Source of the DNA: Lophium mytilinum
Taxonomy: Eukaryota
NCBI GenBank assembly: GCA_010093605.1
Contig: MU004189.1
Coordinates: 1,247,834-1,311,833, forward strand
Direction of reading: 5' to 3'
DNA length: 64,000 bases
Within the stretch, counting starts at the first letter, position 1. Each line of letters opens with the position of its first letter. Below are positions 1-12,774 of the stretch, piece after piece. The notes beneath the pieces are model-generated. The model saw only the letters and a list, made by a program, of their open reading frames with translations, had not been told where the DNA came from and did no database searches. Position numbers and translations under genes: made by a program.

Positions 1-3000
1 GACTACCACTGCTGGTGTGACCATCCAGTCCCCGCAGCTCGATATCAATACAGTAGCAGCTGGAGGAGGGTCGAGACTATTCTGGAAGAACGGACTATTT
101 GTTGTTGGCCCGGAGTCAGCTAGTGCACATCCTGGACCAGCTTGCTACCGGAAAGGTGGCCCTCTAACAATTACCGATGCTAACCTCTTCCTCGGGCGTT
201 TACTCCCAGATTTCTTTCCCAAGATCTTCGGGAAAAAGGAGAACGAAGGGCTAGATGCTGAGGCAAGCGAGAAGCTTTTCCAAGTGCTCGCCGCCGATAT
301 CAATAAAGAGGTCTCCGGAGGAAATAAAGACAAAGAAATGTCTCTCGATGAAGTCGCTTATGGGTTCATCAAAATCGCCAACGAAACCATGACTCGCCCC
401 ATTCGATCGTTGACGGAAGCCAGAGGCCACGATACCTCAAAGCATAGACTCGCGACATTTGGAGGCGCCGGAGGTCAGCATGCGGTCGCAATTGCCGAAG
501 CTCTCGGCATATCTCAGATACTCATCCATAGGTACTCTTCCGTTCTTTCAGCATATGGAATGGCCTTAGCAGATGTCGTGGACGAACGTCAAGAACCGGA
601 ATCGAAGGTGTGGTCGGATGAGAAAGAAGTTCGGGAGTATCTCCAGAAGAAGATGGCAGATCTCAAGGCAAAGTCCACAGCCACGTTGAACGACCAAGGC
701 TTTGAGGGTGACAACATTCAATTCGAGGAATACCTCAATGTACGATACCGAGGAACTGAATCGGCTTTAATGATTATCAAACCCACGAAAGAGGAGGCAG
801 AGAAAGAATATGATGGCGATGAGTGGGCATTCGGGAAGGCTTTCGTCAAACAACACGAACAAGAGTTTGGCTTCACGCTACCCGACCGAGACATTATCGT
901 TGATGATGTCCGAGCTCGCGGCATCGGAAAGACCTTCGAGGGTCTCGAGAAAACCGTCGACCAACAGCTCAGAGAAATCAAGCCGAAGGACCTGCCCAAA
1001 GGTGAGAAGCAATACTCTACCAGTCAGGTGTACTTTGAAGGCGGTCGCCAAGAAACGCCTATATACAAGCTCGAGGATATCGCGGTCGGCGACCGGATCA
1101 AGGGTCCTGCGATAATTGCCGATGGCACTCAGACGATCGTCGTGACGCCTGGCGCATCCGCACTACTGATCAATACACATGTCGTAATCAACATTGGTGA
1201 AAGCGATGAACAGGACAAGAAAGTGGACACGAAAGAGGTGGATCCTATTATGCTAAGTATCTTCGCTCATCGGTTCATGGCGATTGCGGAACAGATGGGA
1301 CGCGCATTGCAGAAGACTAGCGTGAGTACCAACGTCAAGGAACGTCTAGATTACTCTTGCGCTCTCTTCGACGCTGAGGGTGGTCTCGTTGCCAATGGTA
1401 CGTATGGAACCCATGATCCTGTCTCATTGCTAACCTCAAAAAGCTCCACATTTGCCCGTCCATCTCGGCAGCATGTCGACATGCGTAAGGAAGCAAGCCG
1501 AGATCTGGAAGGGAAAACTCAAGCGCGGAGATGTGATCGTATCCAACCATCCCATGTTCGGAGGCACTCACCTGCCGGATATCACGGTCGTCACCCCAGC
1601 CTTCTCTGGTGACAAGATCATATTCTATGTCGCATCACGTGCCCATCACGCTGACATTGGTGGTATCCTGCCCGGCTCCATGCCACCGCATTCGCGCGAA
1701 CTCTTCCAAGAAGGCGCAGCAATCAAGTCTGAAAAGCTCGTCTCCGAGGGTCATTTCAACGAGGAACGAATAACAGAGCTCCTTCACACGGAACCGGCGC
1801 AGTATCCCGGCTGCAGTGGGACGAGGTGTTTAGCAGATAACATCAACGATCTCAAAGCTCAGATCGCAGCCAACCAAAAGGGCATCAATCTCATCAGCAC
1901 CCTCATAGAAGACTACGGAGAAGACGTCGTGCAATTCTACATGACAAATATCCAAGACAACGCCGAACTTAGCGTACGAAACCTACTGAAAGAAGTCAGC
2001 AAGCGCTTCGAAGGCCAAGACCTCTCAGCCATCGACTTCATGGACGACGGCTCTCCTATTAAACTTAAGATCACGATCGATGCCGAAAAGGGCGAAGCAG
2101 TGTTCGACTTCGAAGGGACAGGGCCGGAAGTATATGGTCAGCAGACCCCAATCTCTACCTCCACAACCACATCACCACTAACGTATCAAAGGCAACATCA
2201 ACGCCCCAGAAGCCGTAACCTACTCCGCGATAATCTACTGCCTCCGCTGCCTCATCTCCGAAGACATCCCCCTAAATCAAGGCTGCCTAAAACCCATCCA
2301 CGTCAAAATCCCCAAGAAATCCTTCCTCTCGCCTTCCGACAACGCCGCCGTCGTTGGCGGAAACGTGCTTACCGTGCGTTACCCCCTATTCCCTTTCTAC
2401 ATCCTCTCCCTACAAACCCCAAGCTAATGTGAATGTAACATACAGTCCCAACGTGTCACCGACGTCGTCCTCCATGCCTTCCGCGCCTGCGCCGCCTCCC
2501 AAGGCGACTGCAACAACCTAACTTTTGGCTTCGGCGGCTCGGCTTCGGACGCCACCGGCCGGAAGACCGAAACAAAGGGCTTCGGCTACTACGAGACCAT
2601 CGCTGGCGGCTCCGGCGCCGGACCGACGTGGAACGGCACCTCGGGCGTGCACACGCACATGACGAACACGCGGATTACCGACGCTGAGGTGTTTGAGCGC
2701 CGCTACCCGGTTATCTTACGCGAGTTCGGGCTCAGGGAGGGCAGTGCGGGGAAGGGGATGCATCGCGGTGGGGAGGGCGTGGTGAGGGATATCGAGTTCA
2801 GGATTCCGGTGCAGGTGAGTATCTTGTCGGAACGGCGGTGTTTTAGGCCGTATGGGCTTGAGGGCGGGGAGGATGCTGGGGTAGGGTTGAACATTTGGGT
2901 TAGAGGAGTAGAGAAGAAGAAAGGGGAGGAGGGCAAAGCGCAGGAGTATAGGTATATTAGTCTTGGAGGGAAGAACACGGCGAGTATGACGCCTGGGGAG

Positions 3001-3144
3001 AGGATTATCATAAATACGCCTGGTGGGGGTGGGTGGGGGAAAGAAGGGGGGGAGAGTAGGGTGGTGAAGCAGAAGGATCCGATGGAGGGGTGGAGGAAGG
3101 GGAGTTTGGCGGAGAGGCAGAGTGTGGCGGAGGCGTCGGCGTAG
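1..3144 (+). CDS. OXP1: 5-oxoprolinase (ATP-hydrolysing; hydantoinase A/B domains), 5' end outside window
   Basis: Motifs [68 protein letters not shown]. Introns 1398-1443, 2137-2191 and 2374-2445 join the ORF fragments in frame; stop TAG 3142-3144. Confidence 0.96.
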
Positions 3145-4408
3145 AGATGTGTGGAGGCAGTGCTATAGAGCAGCAATTATGTGTTTATTCTGCCTTTGCA
3201 AAGAATCTCGAGAGGCTTGATCAAGCGCTGAAGACTTGATTGAACCCGCGAACGGCTGAGAAATTAACGTTAGGGGTATTTTCAGAAACAATATGTCCTC
3301 ACCCACGAGTAACCCTCGCGACAGGTGGGGTGTTCCTCACGTGCCGCTCACGCGCCCGCGTTCTCGCTGGACTATATAACGCTACAGCACCCCCACAGCG
3401 AGGCCTGTTCGGGCAAGTCTTGGCAGCGTGCAAAAAGTGTGGAAGGCAGAGAAGTTGCGTCCAAAATTGCCATCACGTGCCATCGCGATTTGGCTGAATC
3501 TTGACGCCCCCTAGACCTTCGCCCGAGTATAAATACCTCCCCTGATATTACTGCTCCTGCTTCTAGCTAGCAAGAGGAGGGCTGTGGTTGAGGGGTTTGG
3601 ACTTCTCAAGTGAAGCATAGGTGTGCTGGGTGTTCAAAATCTGAATACTATGAGCACATGGTGTGTAGCAAGCAGGCGGAAAGGGGGATTTGTGGGAAAA
3701 GGCCCAGTCTCGAAGACCATGGGTGCAAAACTGGGAGTTGCGAGACTCCATGGTGTGGAAATAACGGAATGGTACCAGTGGGTGATGGGGAGGTGGGGAG
3801 GTGGTAGGATTGGTGATGGTGGTTGGTGTCGTGTTTGGATGGTGCTGGAGATCATGATTGGAGGGAGGGGAGGAATACATCGTTTATGTACGACGATGGG
3901 AAACGGGTATAGGGGAGATGGTGGTCTTCATCAGCGTCTAGTAAGTCCAGCACACCCATATATTCGTGCGCTAGTGTCCGTTTGATGTCCACGCAACCTC
4001 CGATCGCTCCACTGGAGACTCCTTGAGCCAGGTTCGCACCCAGACAAATTCTAACGACACCATTGTAATCCGCGCTGTCGAATTTGCACTCCCGCCTACA
4101 CAACGCCTCCCATGGCAACATCCCATCATAGGTTTTGAAAGCCCGAGCACACCATCACTGCACCATGGGACGCTTTGGAGGAACTGATTTAATCCTCAGA
4201 CCAAACCGACCGTCCACCCATCGAGCCATCTGATGGCATGATTTGCACCCACAACTACCCGCCCTCCATACTAGGATCTGGTCGTCATTTTCGAACCACC
4301 AACAAACACTCTTCGTCGACCCATGAAAAGAAATGGAAGTCCTGGGGAGAGGTGCATTTATAGGGGAAAGAGAAAAGGAAAACCGATGAGTCAGCAGGTC
4401 GTGACCAG

Positions 4409-5461
4409 TCACGGGCTACTCACGTTGACCGCGCGGGAGAGAATGAGTAGCGACGTGACCAGCACAGCGACCCAAACCGTACGCTGGACGAGAGCGGTAC
4501 CCAAGGTCGCGCTAAAAGGGTCACAATCTTGCTCTTGCTTAGCCTTTTCAATCGATGTTGGTGGATTACGTTGGCTAGGTGCAGATGGATCGCGCCCTTG
4601 GCGACGGTCGTTATCCAGATCAACCTAGTCTATTTAGCCTCTTGTACAGCTTTTGTCAAGGAGTGCTGAGTTACTAGATGGCTGGCACATGCGTCACCCT
4701 GCTGCCACGCCGAGCCGAAACATCCGTACTCATATCGATAGATGCAAGTGTATATGTTGTAGCCACTACTACTGCTGTATGTATCTATGCGCTTTTGTGG
4801 AAGGGGCCTGCCGTCAGGCCCGACCATGACTATTTCTTTCTCGGGGGGTCTTAGGGGAAGGCCTCTTGACTGAAATCGAATTTAGTGCCATCACAGATAT
4901 AGCGTGATTGCGGAAGAAATTACCAGGCATTTCATACATGCATCACCATTCCGCCACACCCAACCGGAGCAGTAGTATTCGGACCAGTAAATGCACTGGT
5001 ATTTGTTGTAACCACTGCCACTGTCGTACCCGGACATCTCTCTAGCGTCGTGAGGGGCGACCGTCTACCTGAATTCGAAATTAGTAGCCTCACGGATATA
5101 GTATGATTGTAAATGAAGTTACAATGCATCTTGCACATATATCATCCCTCCGCCGTACCATGTTGGTGCAGTCGGATTCTAGCCGGTTTATGCAATGGTA
5201 TGAGTTGTAGCCACGGGTGACAGGATTGTTTGGATGGGGCCTGCCATCAGGTCCGACCATCTCTTTCTCGATGACCGTCTCTCTCGGGGGGTTTGAGCGA
5301 TGACCGATTGCCTGGGTTCCAAGTTAGTAGCCTCACAGATACAGTCTGAATGATGAGAGAGTTACCTGGCAGTATGCACATGCATCGCCATTCCGCCATA
5401 CGAAATTTGGACATTGGTAGTCGCATCGGTAGGTGCAAGCATATTTGTCGTAGCCACTCAT
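4409..5461 (-). CDS. Uncharacterised protein(s) with four tandem C-x7-C-x10-C-x2-C/H (putative Zn-binding) modules; one fused ORF or two adjacent ORFs depending on splice acceptor
   Basis: ATG 5461. Exons 5461-5366, 5311-5123, 5068 (or 5064)-4924, 4869-4675, 4624-4409. Phase-0 GTAA(C/T)T...YAG introns of 54, 54, 54 and 50 nt. Modules CTYRCDYQCPNFVWRNGDACAYC, CINRLESDCTNMVRRRDDICARC, CIYWSEYYCSGWVWRNGDACMKC, CIYRYEYGCFGSAWQQGDACASH. Last exon is uncertain. Confidence 0.75.
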
Positions 5462-5609
5462 TTTGGTAGAGATTGAAAGTAAATTTACCTGAGATATTGT
5501 GGCCTTAGTTTAGCTGCCTAGTGTTTCGACAGACGGGGCATAGAAATGTCGATGATATCAGCCGATGGATGATGGAGAGGAGGTTCGGAAAGTTGGGAGG
5601 AGATGATAG

Positions 5610-5623
5610 CGGTCACGTGACCG
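5610..5623. promoter_or_regulatory. 14-bp perfect palindrome CGGTCACGTGACCG (extended E-box) in the divergent promoter of the Cys-repeat gene and the ketopantoate reductase gene
   Basis: Seen directly; it lies midway in the ~290-bp gap between ATG 5461(-) and ATG 5753(+). TCACGTGA is a typical bHLH site. Confidence 0.5.
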
Positions 5624-5752
5624 TAGTCCGCCGGGCCGACTCCGATCCCCGACCCCACTCTACCTCGTCCTTCTCGAGCTAGCACAACACAACTCAATAT
5701 CAACTACGTGAGTCCTTCCATCGTCTTTCCAAGCATTATTAATACTGACAGG

Positions 5753-6907
5753 ATGACTGATAGCCAAAAGAAAAATGTACTTGTCATCGGCGGCGGAGCA
5801 GTGGGCGCAATCGCAGCACTGAATCTCGAAAAAGGAGGCCTCGCAGCTGTCACGGTCGTCCTACGCTCAAACTACGAAGTAGTGAACAAATCTGGGTATG
5901 ATATTGAGTCATGTGACCATGGAGTGCTGAAGGGATGGAAGCCCACCCATGGTATATCCATATCCTTCACGTTTCTTATAATTCAATGCTTATTTGAACC
6001 TCCACAGTCCGCCCCAACGTCCCCGACATCTCGAAGGAAAAGATAAAGCCCTACGACTACATCATCTGCACAACCAAAAATATCCCCGACATGCCTCCCT
6101 CGCTCTCCTCCCTCCTCTCGCCAGCCCTGCCTTACGAGAACACCACCACCGTCCTCGTTCTCATCCAAAATGGCCTAAACATCGAGAAGCCTCTCCAAGA
6201 CGCGTTCCCCACCACCCCCATACTCTCAGGGGTCAGCTTAATCGGCACCGCTGAGATCAAGCCCGGAAAGATTGTTCAAGACGACCACGACCGCCTCCTC
6301 ATCGGTCCGTTCCAGAACCGCTCACTAGCCTCCGTCTCGCAGATCGAGGCGAGCTTGGATTTCGTGAAGATATATAAAGCGGGCGGGAAGACGAATTGCA
6401 CCTATTCGCCGGATGTCGAGCATGACCGATGGCGGAAACTGGTGTACAACGCGTGCTTGAATCCGATCTGTGCGATTACGGGTTTGGATACGGGGAGGAT
6501 CCGATTGGCGGATGGAGGCATTGAGGGGTTGGTGAGGCCGGCCATGGAGGAAATCGTGGCTGCGGCGAAGCATAAGGGGGTGTTGTTGGCGCCAGATGTG
6601 GTGGATGTGATGATTGACATTGATCCGCTGGAGATTTATTTGAGTCCGAGTATGTTAGCTGATGTGAACAAGGTAGGTGTCAACACATTGATCTTGACTA
6701 GACATCGAAGAGCTAACTTCGTATCAGGGTAATTACATCGAGTTCGAAAATCTACTCGGCGAGCCGCTGCGTGAGGGAAAGGAGTTGGGCGTGCCGATGC
6801 CAACGCTCGAGGTGCTGTATAACATCTGCAAAACGGTACAATGGCGAACGAAGGAAGCTAGGCACTTGGTAGAGATCCCGCCGAAAAAGAGCGCGGTGAA
6901 GAGCTGA
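5753..6907 (+). CDS. Ketopantoate reductase (ApbA/PanE) family oxidoreductase
   Basis: Rossmann motif VIGGGAVG, LIQNGLNIE, RWRKLVYNACLNP, PSMLAD, IEFENLLGEP. Introns 5952-6007 and 6673-6727; probable 5'UTR intron 5708-5751. Confidence 0.9.
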
Positions 6908-8982
6908 TTGGCTTAGGATGTAGTAAGTTGGTTGAATATGAATCCTTATAATCACGATATAATTTTATCTGCAGTGACTGACAATCGGCCACCTCCCTGT
7001 GATGGCGATCGTGCTTATTATGTGTGTTTAACTACAGTCTCTTGGGACTGACACTAGGGACGAAAAGCATTGGGGCAGCTGACGCTTTTTGATAAATTCG
7101 ATCAAAGCGCGAAGCTAGAGTCCTTGAGTCTAATTCGCATCTATTTAAAAACAGCCGAAGGACTTGTGTTTGCCACAAAGGTAAACTCTGGATTATTTGC
7201 TTGTTGTGGTTTTCCTTCGTGTTAAGCCCAAGGAAAGCCTCGGATGAGTATCTAGTTTGATCATTTTGTCCCACCCGCCTCTAATCTTGGCTCACGGCCA
7301 TTCAATCTGCATCAAGCTTTGTTCAAGTATCCAGCGAACAAAGAGTTTACATTTCAAGCACTTCTATTTCCATTATGTCCCGAATTTCTACCTCTGTTTT
7401 CCATCCTTGAGAACCTCAATGCCACCCTGCTTACCGTAACTTAGCAGTATCTCGACTTTTTAGAGAACTCTCTCCCAATTGCAGACTCCTTTTGATTTCT
7501 CTTCCCCTTTTCAAGCTGCCCGAGCTCAGGCGCATCCCTCGGGCTATAGACCCAAGCTGACGCTATCAGAAACACTAATCCGGCGTACTCGACCCTCGAA
7601 TACCAGCGGTCGGCGGGTGGATCCGAATTTGGGGGATTTGGGGGCGTATCGGGCGCCGATTAGGCGGAGTACGAGGGAGACGAGGGGGAAAATTGTGAGT
7701 AGGGAGCCAGGGGTTATACATTCTGGGTTGGAGAGGTTGGCGATTTTGTTTTTGAGGGAGGGGAATTCCGCGGATCGGAATAGGATTTTTGAAAGAAACC
7801 CAGTCGCAGTATCGTAGACTGCCTACCCTAGCCGAATAGTAACATGGTTACAACATGAATAAGATCAATGAGCGCTGGCGTCTACATATGAGCCAGCTTT
7901 CGTGACTTTCCAGCTGGGGGATATTGGAAGGGGGTAGGGTGCATAGAAACCGATGAATCGCCATGCAATATCAAATTTCGGTATGAAGCTGGAGATGCTA
8001 CGTCATCCCTTCCGAGGCCTCCAGTCTTCGGGTTCTTAGCCGAGACCGCTGTGCGAAAATTTTCATGCGTCCGTCGCGGAGCTGTGGAGAGACGAACTCA
8101 CCACCATTCTCCAGCTGGACCCTGCCTGTTTGCATGGCGTCAAATCACCCTGTCTGCAGCAGGCCCAAGATCGGACTAACAGCTGGAGCCTTTGCTGGAT
8201 ATCTCCGCCCAAGGACCACGCAACGCATCGATTCATCCCATCTGCCCATCCAGCGACGCGCTCGCCGAGCAATACACCAGGTTCTCTCACCTTCAGACCT
8301 GGAACACAAGAAGCAACTTTCCGCCGCCGAAATACAAATTTCAGTCTGACATTCCGCTTCCTTTCATTCAGGCGGCGGCGCAGATATCTCCACGCCGCGT
8401 ACTAACACCAAAAGAAATAAACAAACAATAATCGCTCGAGAGGGGATTCTAAAAAGAAGGCAATACCTTGCTAAGGTGATAGCATTGCTGAATGGAAAAC
8501 AAGTAACAGTCTCCGGCAACTGACGTTTGGCTTAATTTCGGCTCCGTGAACACAGATCTTAGACTAGAGCCTATGGCCTAGAACGTGGTTGGTATTAAAC
8601 ATTGCAGATCAGCCTGTAGAGAAGTCGTCTTCTCTGATTCTACAAAGGTATAGGTGTGCATGGAGTTTAGAACCATGTCTCGTGCCTTTTTTTAGGTAGG
8701 CTGAGAGGCGAGCTTAATTAATGTCGAGCGATTATCCAGGTAAAGCCCAATAAGTATCTTACGAATGCAGTTCAACAGTCGGTGAGCTGGACGATAGTTG
8801 TTTGTGGAATTCTGCGGGCGTCTGCTAGCATGCGCAAGGCATGCGGACTTCCCGAGCTAGGCAGACTAGGCAAACTAGGCAAACAAGACTGTAGGCTTTA
8901 AAGACGTAATGGTCCCCAACATGCTCTCAATCTTGCTCTTCCTCAGTCTACTTCTAGTACACCCCTTCCTCTTTAAGAACCT

Positions 8983-10116
8983 ATGTCAGCAAACTTGACC
9001 ATGGTGTCAGACCTTCGTGAGTGGCCTGAGATACGCCAGTCACTTTATGCGACCCATCTCTGCGGCCTCGTAGCCTACTGCCAGCTCGGCATTATCACCC
9101 ACCGATTCCGCGCGAAGTGGGACGGTCAGAGCATCATCCTTCCCTTGGTCTTCGTTTTTTTTCCGCTGTTATACATTTGCCAGATCTTGGTAGCTATCCC
9201 ACTGGCTCTGCGAAATCTCCTTTGGCGACCGCGTGAGGGCCTCAAATACTATATCTGTGCAGTGCTGGGCATCTACACCGTGAGGACGAGTTTTGTTGAC
9301 GAGGACGGAATGGTAGACGACACGTCCAAAGCGAAAGGACTGGCCCTCTTGCTGGACCAGTTCACGCCCCGGGCCATACCTCTCGACCGGAAGTGGTCTG
9401 ATGGCAGGATCTTCAGTTTCATCGTCACCCTAGCTCCGCTCTATCAATGTACCTCGACGTCTCTACTCTACATCCGCCGCTGTACCATGCAGGGGGCCAA
9501 ACTACTAGATGTCGACCATCGCATCGGTTTGATGGCCATTGGCGCATCGCTCGCCTTGCTCGGCTACTATTTCTTCGAGGTGACGGGGTATGACTGGCAA
9601 GATACTCTTTGCACGCCGACAACGTCCGGAGGGATCAAACTACTGGACTATCCTCTCGGAACGCTGCACAAATTCGATCAAGGCCTAGGAGGCGATGTTT
9701 CTCTGATCGAGAGTATCGACGTCACGAACAAGCACGTCTACGACTGCGTGCTTGCTGCATGCGTCCATCTTATCCATCTCCGCTTTTCTGGCCGCTGCTT
9801 CCCGCTTTTCGAACACAGAAACTCGAACAGCCACAGCATAGCGACAGCAACAATCCTTCCCAGTGCTGTTGCCCTGGTGGCGAGCGTGCCGCTCATCGTC
9901 CGCTCGTTCTGGGCATCGCCGGCGAGGCAAGTGGTTTGGAAAGGGGATAAGCTGGTGAGATTGCTCATACTACTCGCCTTGTCATACATCGCTACAGCAA
10001 CTATCAACTCCGAAGTTAGGGAGGTGAAACAGGTGGTGGGGCAACATGTTACGACCTCGTGGAACCAGGATTGGATGTGGAAAGATCCTTGGGCGGACTT
10101 CTTGTGGCCGGTTTAA
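8983..10116 (+). CDS. Hypothetical multi-pass membrane protein (377 aa, intronless)
   Basis: Long ATG-initiated ORF with several hydrophobic segments and a Trp-rich C-terminus (WMWKDPWAD); no family recognised. Confidence 0.7.
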   Translation: MSANLTMVSDLREWPEIRQSLYATHLCGLVAYCQLGIITHRFRAKWDGQSIILPLVFVFFPLLYICQILVAIPLALRNLLWRPREGLKYYICAVLGIYTVRTSFVDEDGMVDDTSKAKGLALLLDQFTPRAIPLDRKWSDGRIFSFIVTLAPLYQCTSTSLLYIRRCTMQGAKLLDVDHRIGLMAIGASLALLGYYFFEVTGYDWQDTLCTPTTSGGIKLLDYPLGTLHKFDQGLGGDVSLIESIDVTNKHVYDCVLAACVHLIHLRFSGRCFPLFEHRNSNSHSIATATILPSAVALVASVPLIVRSFWASPARQVVWKGDKLVRLLILLALSYIATATINSEVREVKQVVGQHVTTSWNQDWMWKDPWADFLWPV

Positions 10117-11069
10117 ACGCAACAAAAGCAACCCAATGGAATTTCGAACGCTCGTTGTTTGCCCCTAGTCGAAATTGAAGAAGAAAAGGAAGAGCAGCAT
10201 GCCAGGCGAGTCGGATCTAGACTTCCTTAGGACATGGATTGGGCAGCTGCAAATAAGACATCATGTTCGAAGCAAATACTCTCCATGCATTCCTAAAAAA
10301 CCCCCGTCTCGTTTCCGCTCTCTGAAAACACCGGCACAATACTGTGCACAGACCGCGGATCTGACTTGCTATCACGTGATCATAGCATATAATGTCACAC
10401 CACGCTACAACGCACCTAATCCCTCCCATGGCACCAACTCAAACCTTATAACGACCTCCCCTCCACTCAACTATCTGACATAAACCCCAAAACAGCCGAT
10501 CCTCGATTTTCCTTCAAGCTTCGTCCTTTTGTTCGAAAACAGAGACCTGTGGTCCGATGTCTTTTTTCTCTCGCCGCCCGAGCGCCTAGCAAGCTTTTCA
10601 AGGTTCAAGATCAAAATTCTTCCAGCTTTTCTTCCGCAGTTTACCTATCATACCTCTCGTATATTAGGCAATCTTGAACTCCGTTGTATATTTCATACGT
10701 TCGGAATTATACAACCCACTTCAGCTCCTTTTCTTATATCAGAATGGTCAATCTTACACCCATCTCGGCGGCCATCGACCCGCCGAGGAACGCTATAGCA
10801 CTTATTCCACCCACTCAGCCAGCTTACTCAACGCTTCCGTTCTAGCGACAAATTCAGATAGGGACTAGGCCCGACGTCGCGGCCGCAAGACCCTGCGACG
10901 ACTGGGCCACTTGCACCACGACCGGGTTCTGTTCCACACATCAATCCGATTGCCCTTCTTCCTTCAGCACCTCGACGAGAACGACGACGCCCTTCACGCC
11001 CCCACCCTGACAAAATCTTACGGTTATATCTTTCAGTCATTTCATTCGCTCTATGTTTTGGAATAGCAG

Positions 11070-12194
11070 CTAGCTCATCCTTCGCCAAACAGCCTCCGCC
11101 CCAGCCCCCGAACCCCCGCCTCCACCTCCTGTCAAGTGCAACTCGTATACTTCCTTCTCCTCCCCCACCCCTCTCAAGCTAACCCTCTTGCCCGCCATCA
11201 CCCCCTCAACGACCCTCACAAGCGCCTCCCTATTACTCAGCTCCTCAGACAGCCAATCGAACCAGCCCGACGACTTGATGCCCCGCAAGCGGGCTGGGGC
11301 CTCCTTCTGATAGTAGTCCCGGTCGTGCTTGACCCACTCCAGGAACTCGCGAGAATAGCTCTTGGTGTGGAGTGTGAAGAAGTTTCCGAGGAAGGTGAGC
11401 GTAATAGCCTAGCTAGTCAGTACGAAGAACAGAGAAAAAATGGGTATCAGCCCCGCGAGTAGGAATAGGGCATTCTCCACGAACCTGGATAAACGCAGGA
11501 GGATCTGAAGTCTTAGAGTGGTAGTACTGCGCAACCGTCGCTAGCTGACGCTGCTGATGCAACGCAGTCTGGCTAGTGCGCAGCGTGTTGCTTGGGTCTA
11601 CGATCTGAGTTTATTAGTACCGCTTGCTGGAGAAGAGGGAGGTGGGGGGAGACGTGCTAGAGCTGTTACTATGCGTCCGCTGCTTATGTGCTCAGCAACG
11701 AGGTCGGCCTCGCAGGGGTATTGGATGCCCCCTCTAATGTAAGATAATTTCCGCTCGGTACTGATTCTTCCGTGTTAGCGTAGAGGTTGGCAAAGAAGAG
11801 GTTGCGCCTACGAGACTAGGATCCGCCCACGCCCAGCCGCCTCGTTGCGAGCTGCGATGGTGTCGAAGAGGTTCTTGGCTAGCCGATGAGTGAATTCGAC
11901 GTCCCAGAGCTGGTGTTTTGCAGCAAGGTCCCATATCTCGTCTTTGTACTCAGATGAACCTTGCTGAATGCCATGGATTTTAGTCGCGTGACGGCGCAGC
12001 TCCTCTTCTTCCTCGGTACGCTCACATGGAGGGGCTTCATCCCCAGCAGTAGGCGAGAAGCTGCATTCGGTGTCGGAATCGGAACACTTCGTTCTGGAGC
12101 TGGAGTCGTAGAGGTCCCAGGTAGGTTTTGCAGGAGGTCTCTCGTGGAGGCGCGATTGGCGGGACTTGGCCGACTTCGAGGACTTTTGGCCCAT
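11070..12194 (-). CDS. Hypothetical ~314-aa protein with N-myristoylation-like start (MGQKSS); paralog of 22838-23696
   Basis: Exons 12194-11812, 11760-11658, 11604-11485, 11408-11070 give an open frame. Intron 2 (11657-11605) has a GC donor. Clear similarity and identical intron positions to the gene at 22838. Confidence 0.8.
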
Positions 12195-12774
12195 TTTACG
12201 GTTAGTTCGAGGTGGGAGGAAGTTGTTTTATAGACGGGCGTGAGGTGGCTGGTGAAGCGCGACGCGAAGAAGACTAGCAGAAAGAGTCGGGATGAGGCTG
12301 AAGGACACGACAACTCGGCGTGGCGTCATCCGGAAAATTCACAGCGTCTGGTCAAGCGTCTTGGGGATTTATCTGAGAATGTTTGGGGTACTCACTTGAT
12401 GTCAAGCACCAGGCTCCATGAACCAAGAACTTCGCTTCAAAATATACGATAGGAAACAAATACTTAGAGATGAGGATAGCATACTGCAGGTTAGACCCAG
12501 GAGAGCTTCGCCATGCGACTGCTCTTGCGTGCTGAACACACCGCTGAATATATTTGAAATCTCTTCGCATGATTTAAACCTAGAAGCCCGTATGGCTAAA
12601 GCTTCACTATCGAAGTTAGAGACTAGAAAGCAAGCACGGCGTCTCTACACACACCGAAAATCATACACAAGATATCTCCATCTTGTGGCCCACTTTCGCA
12701 CACTGCAAACGCCATCAACGTACCCAAATATCGACCCCCAACTTACGAACCCCCGAATCTCCATACCCAACCCC

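Noticed and set aside
7435..7843. Possible solo LTR or TE relic (minus strand begins TGTTAC; skewed composition)
   Set aside because: No second copy, TSD or matching end visible in the window.
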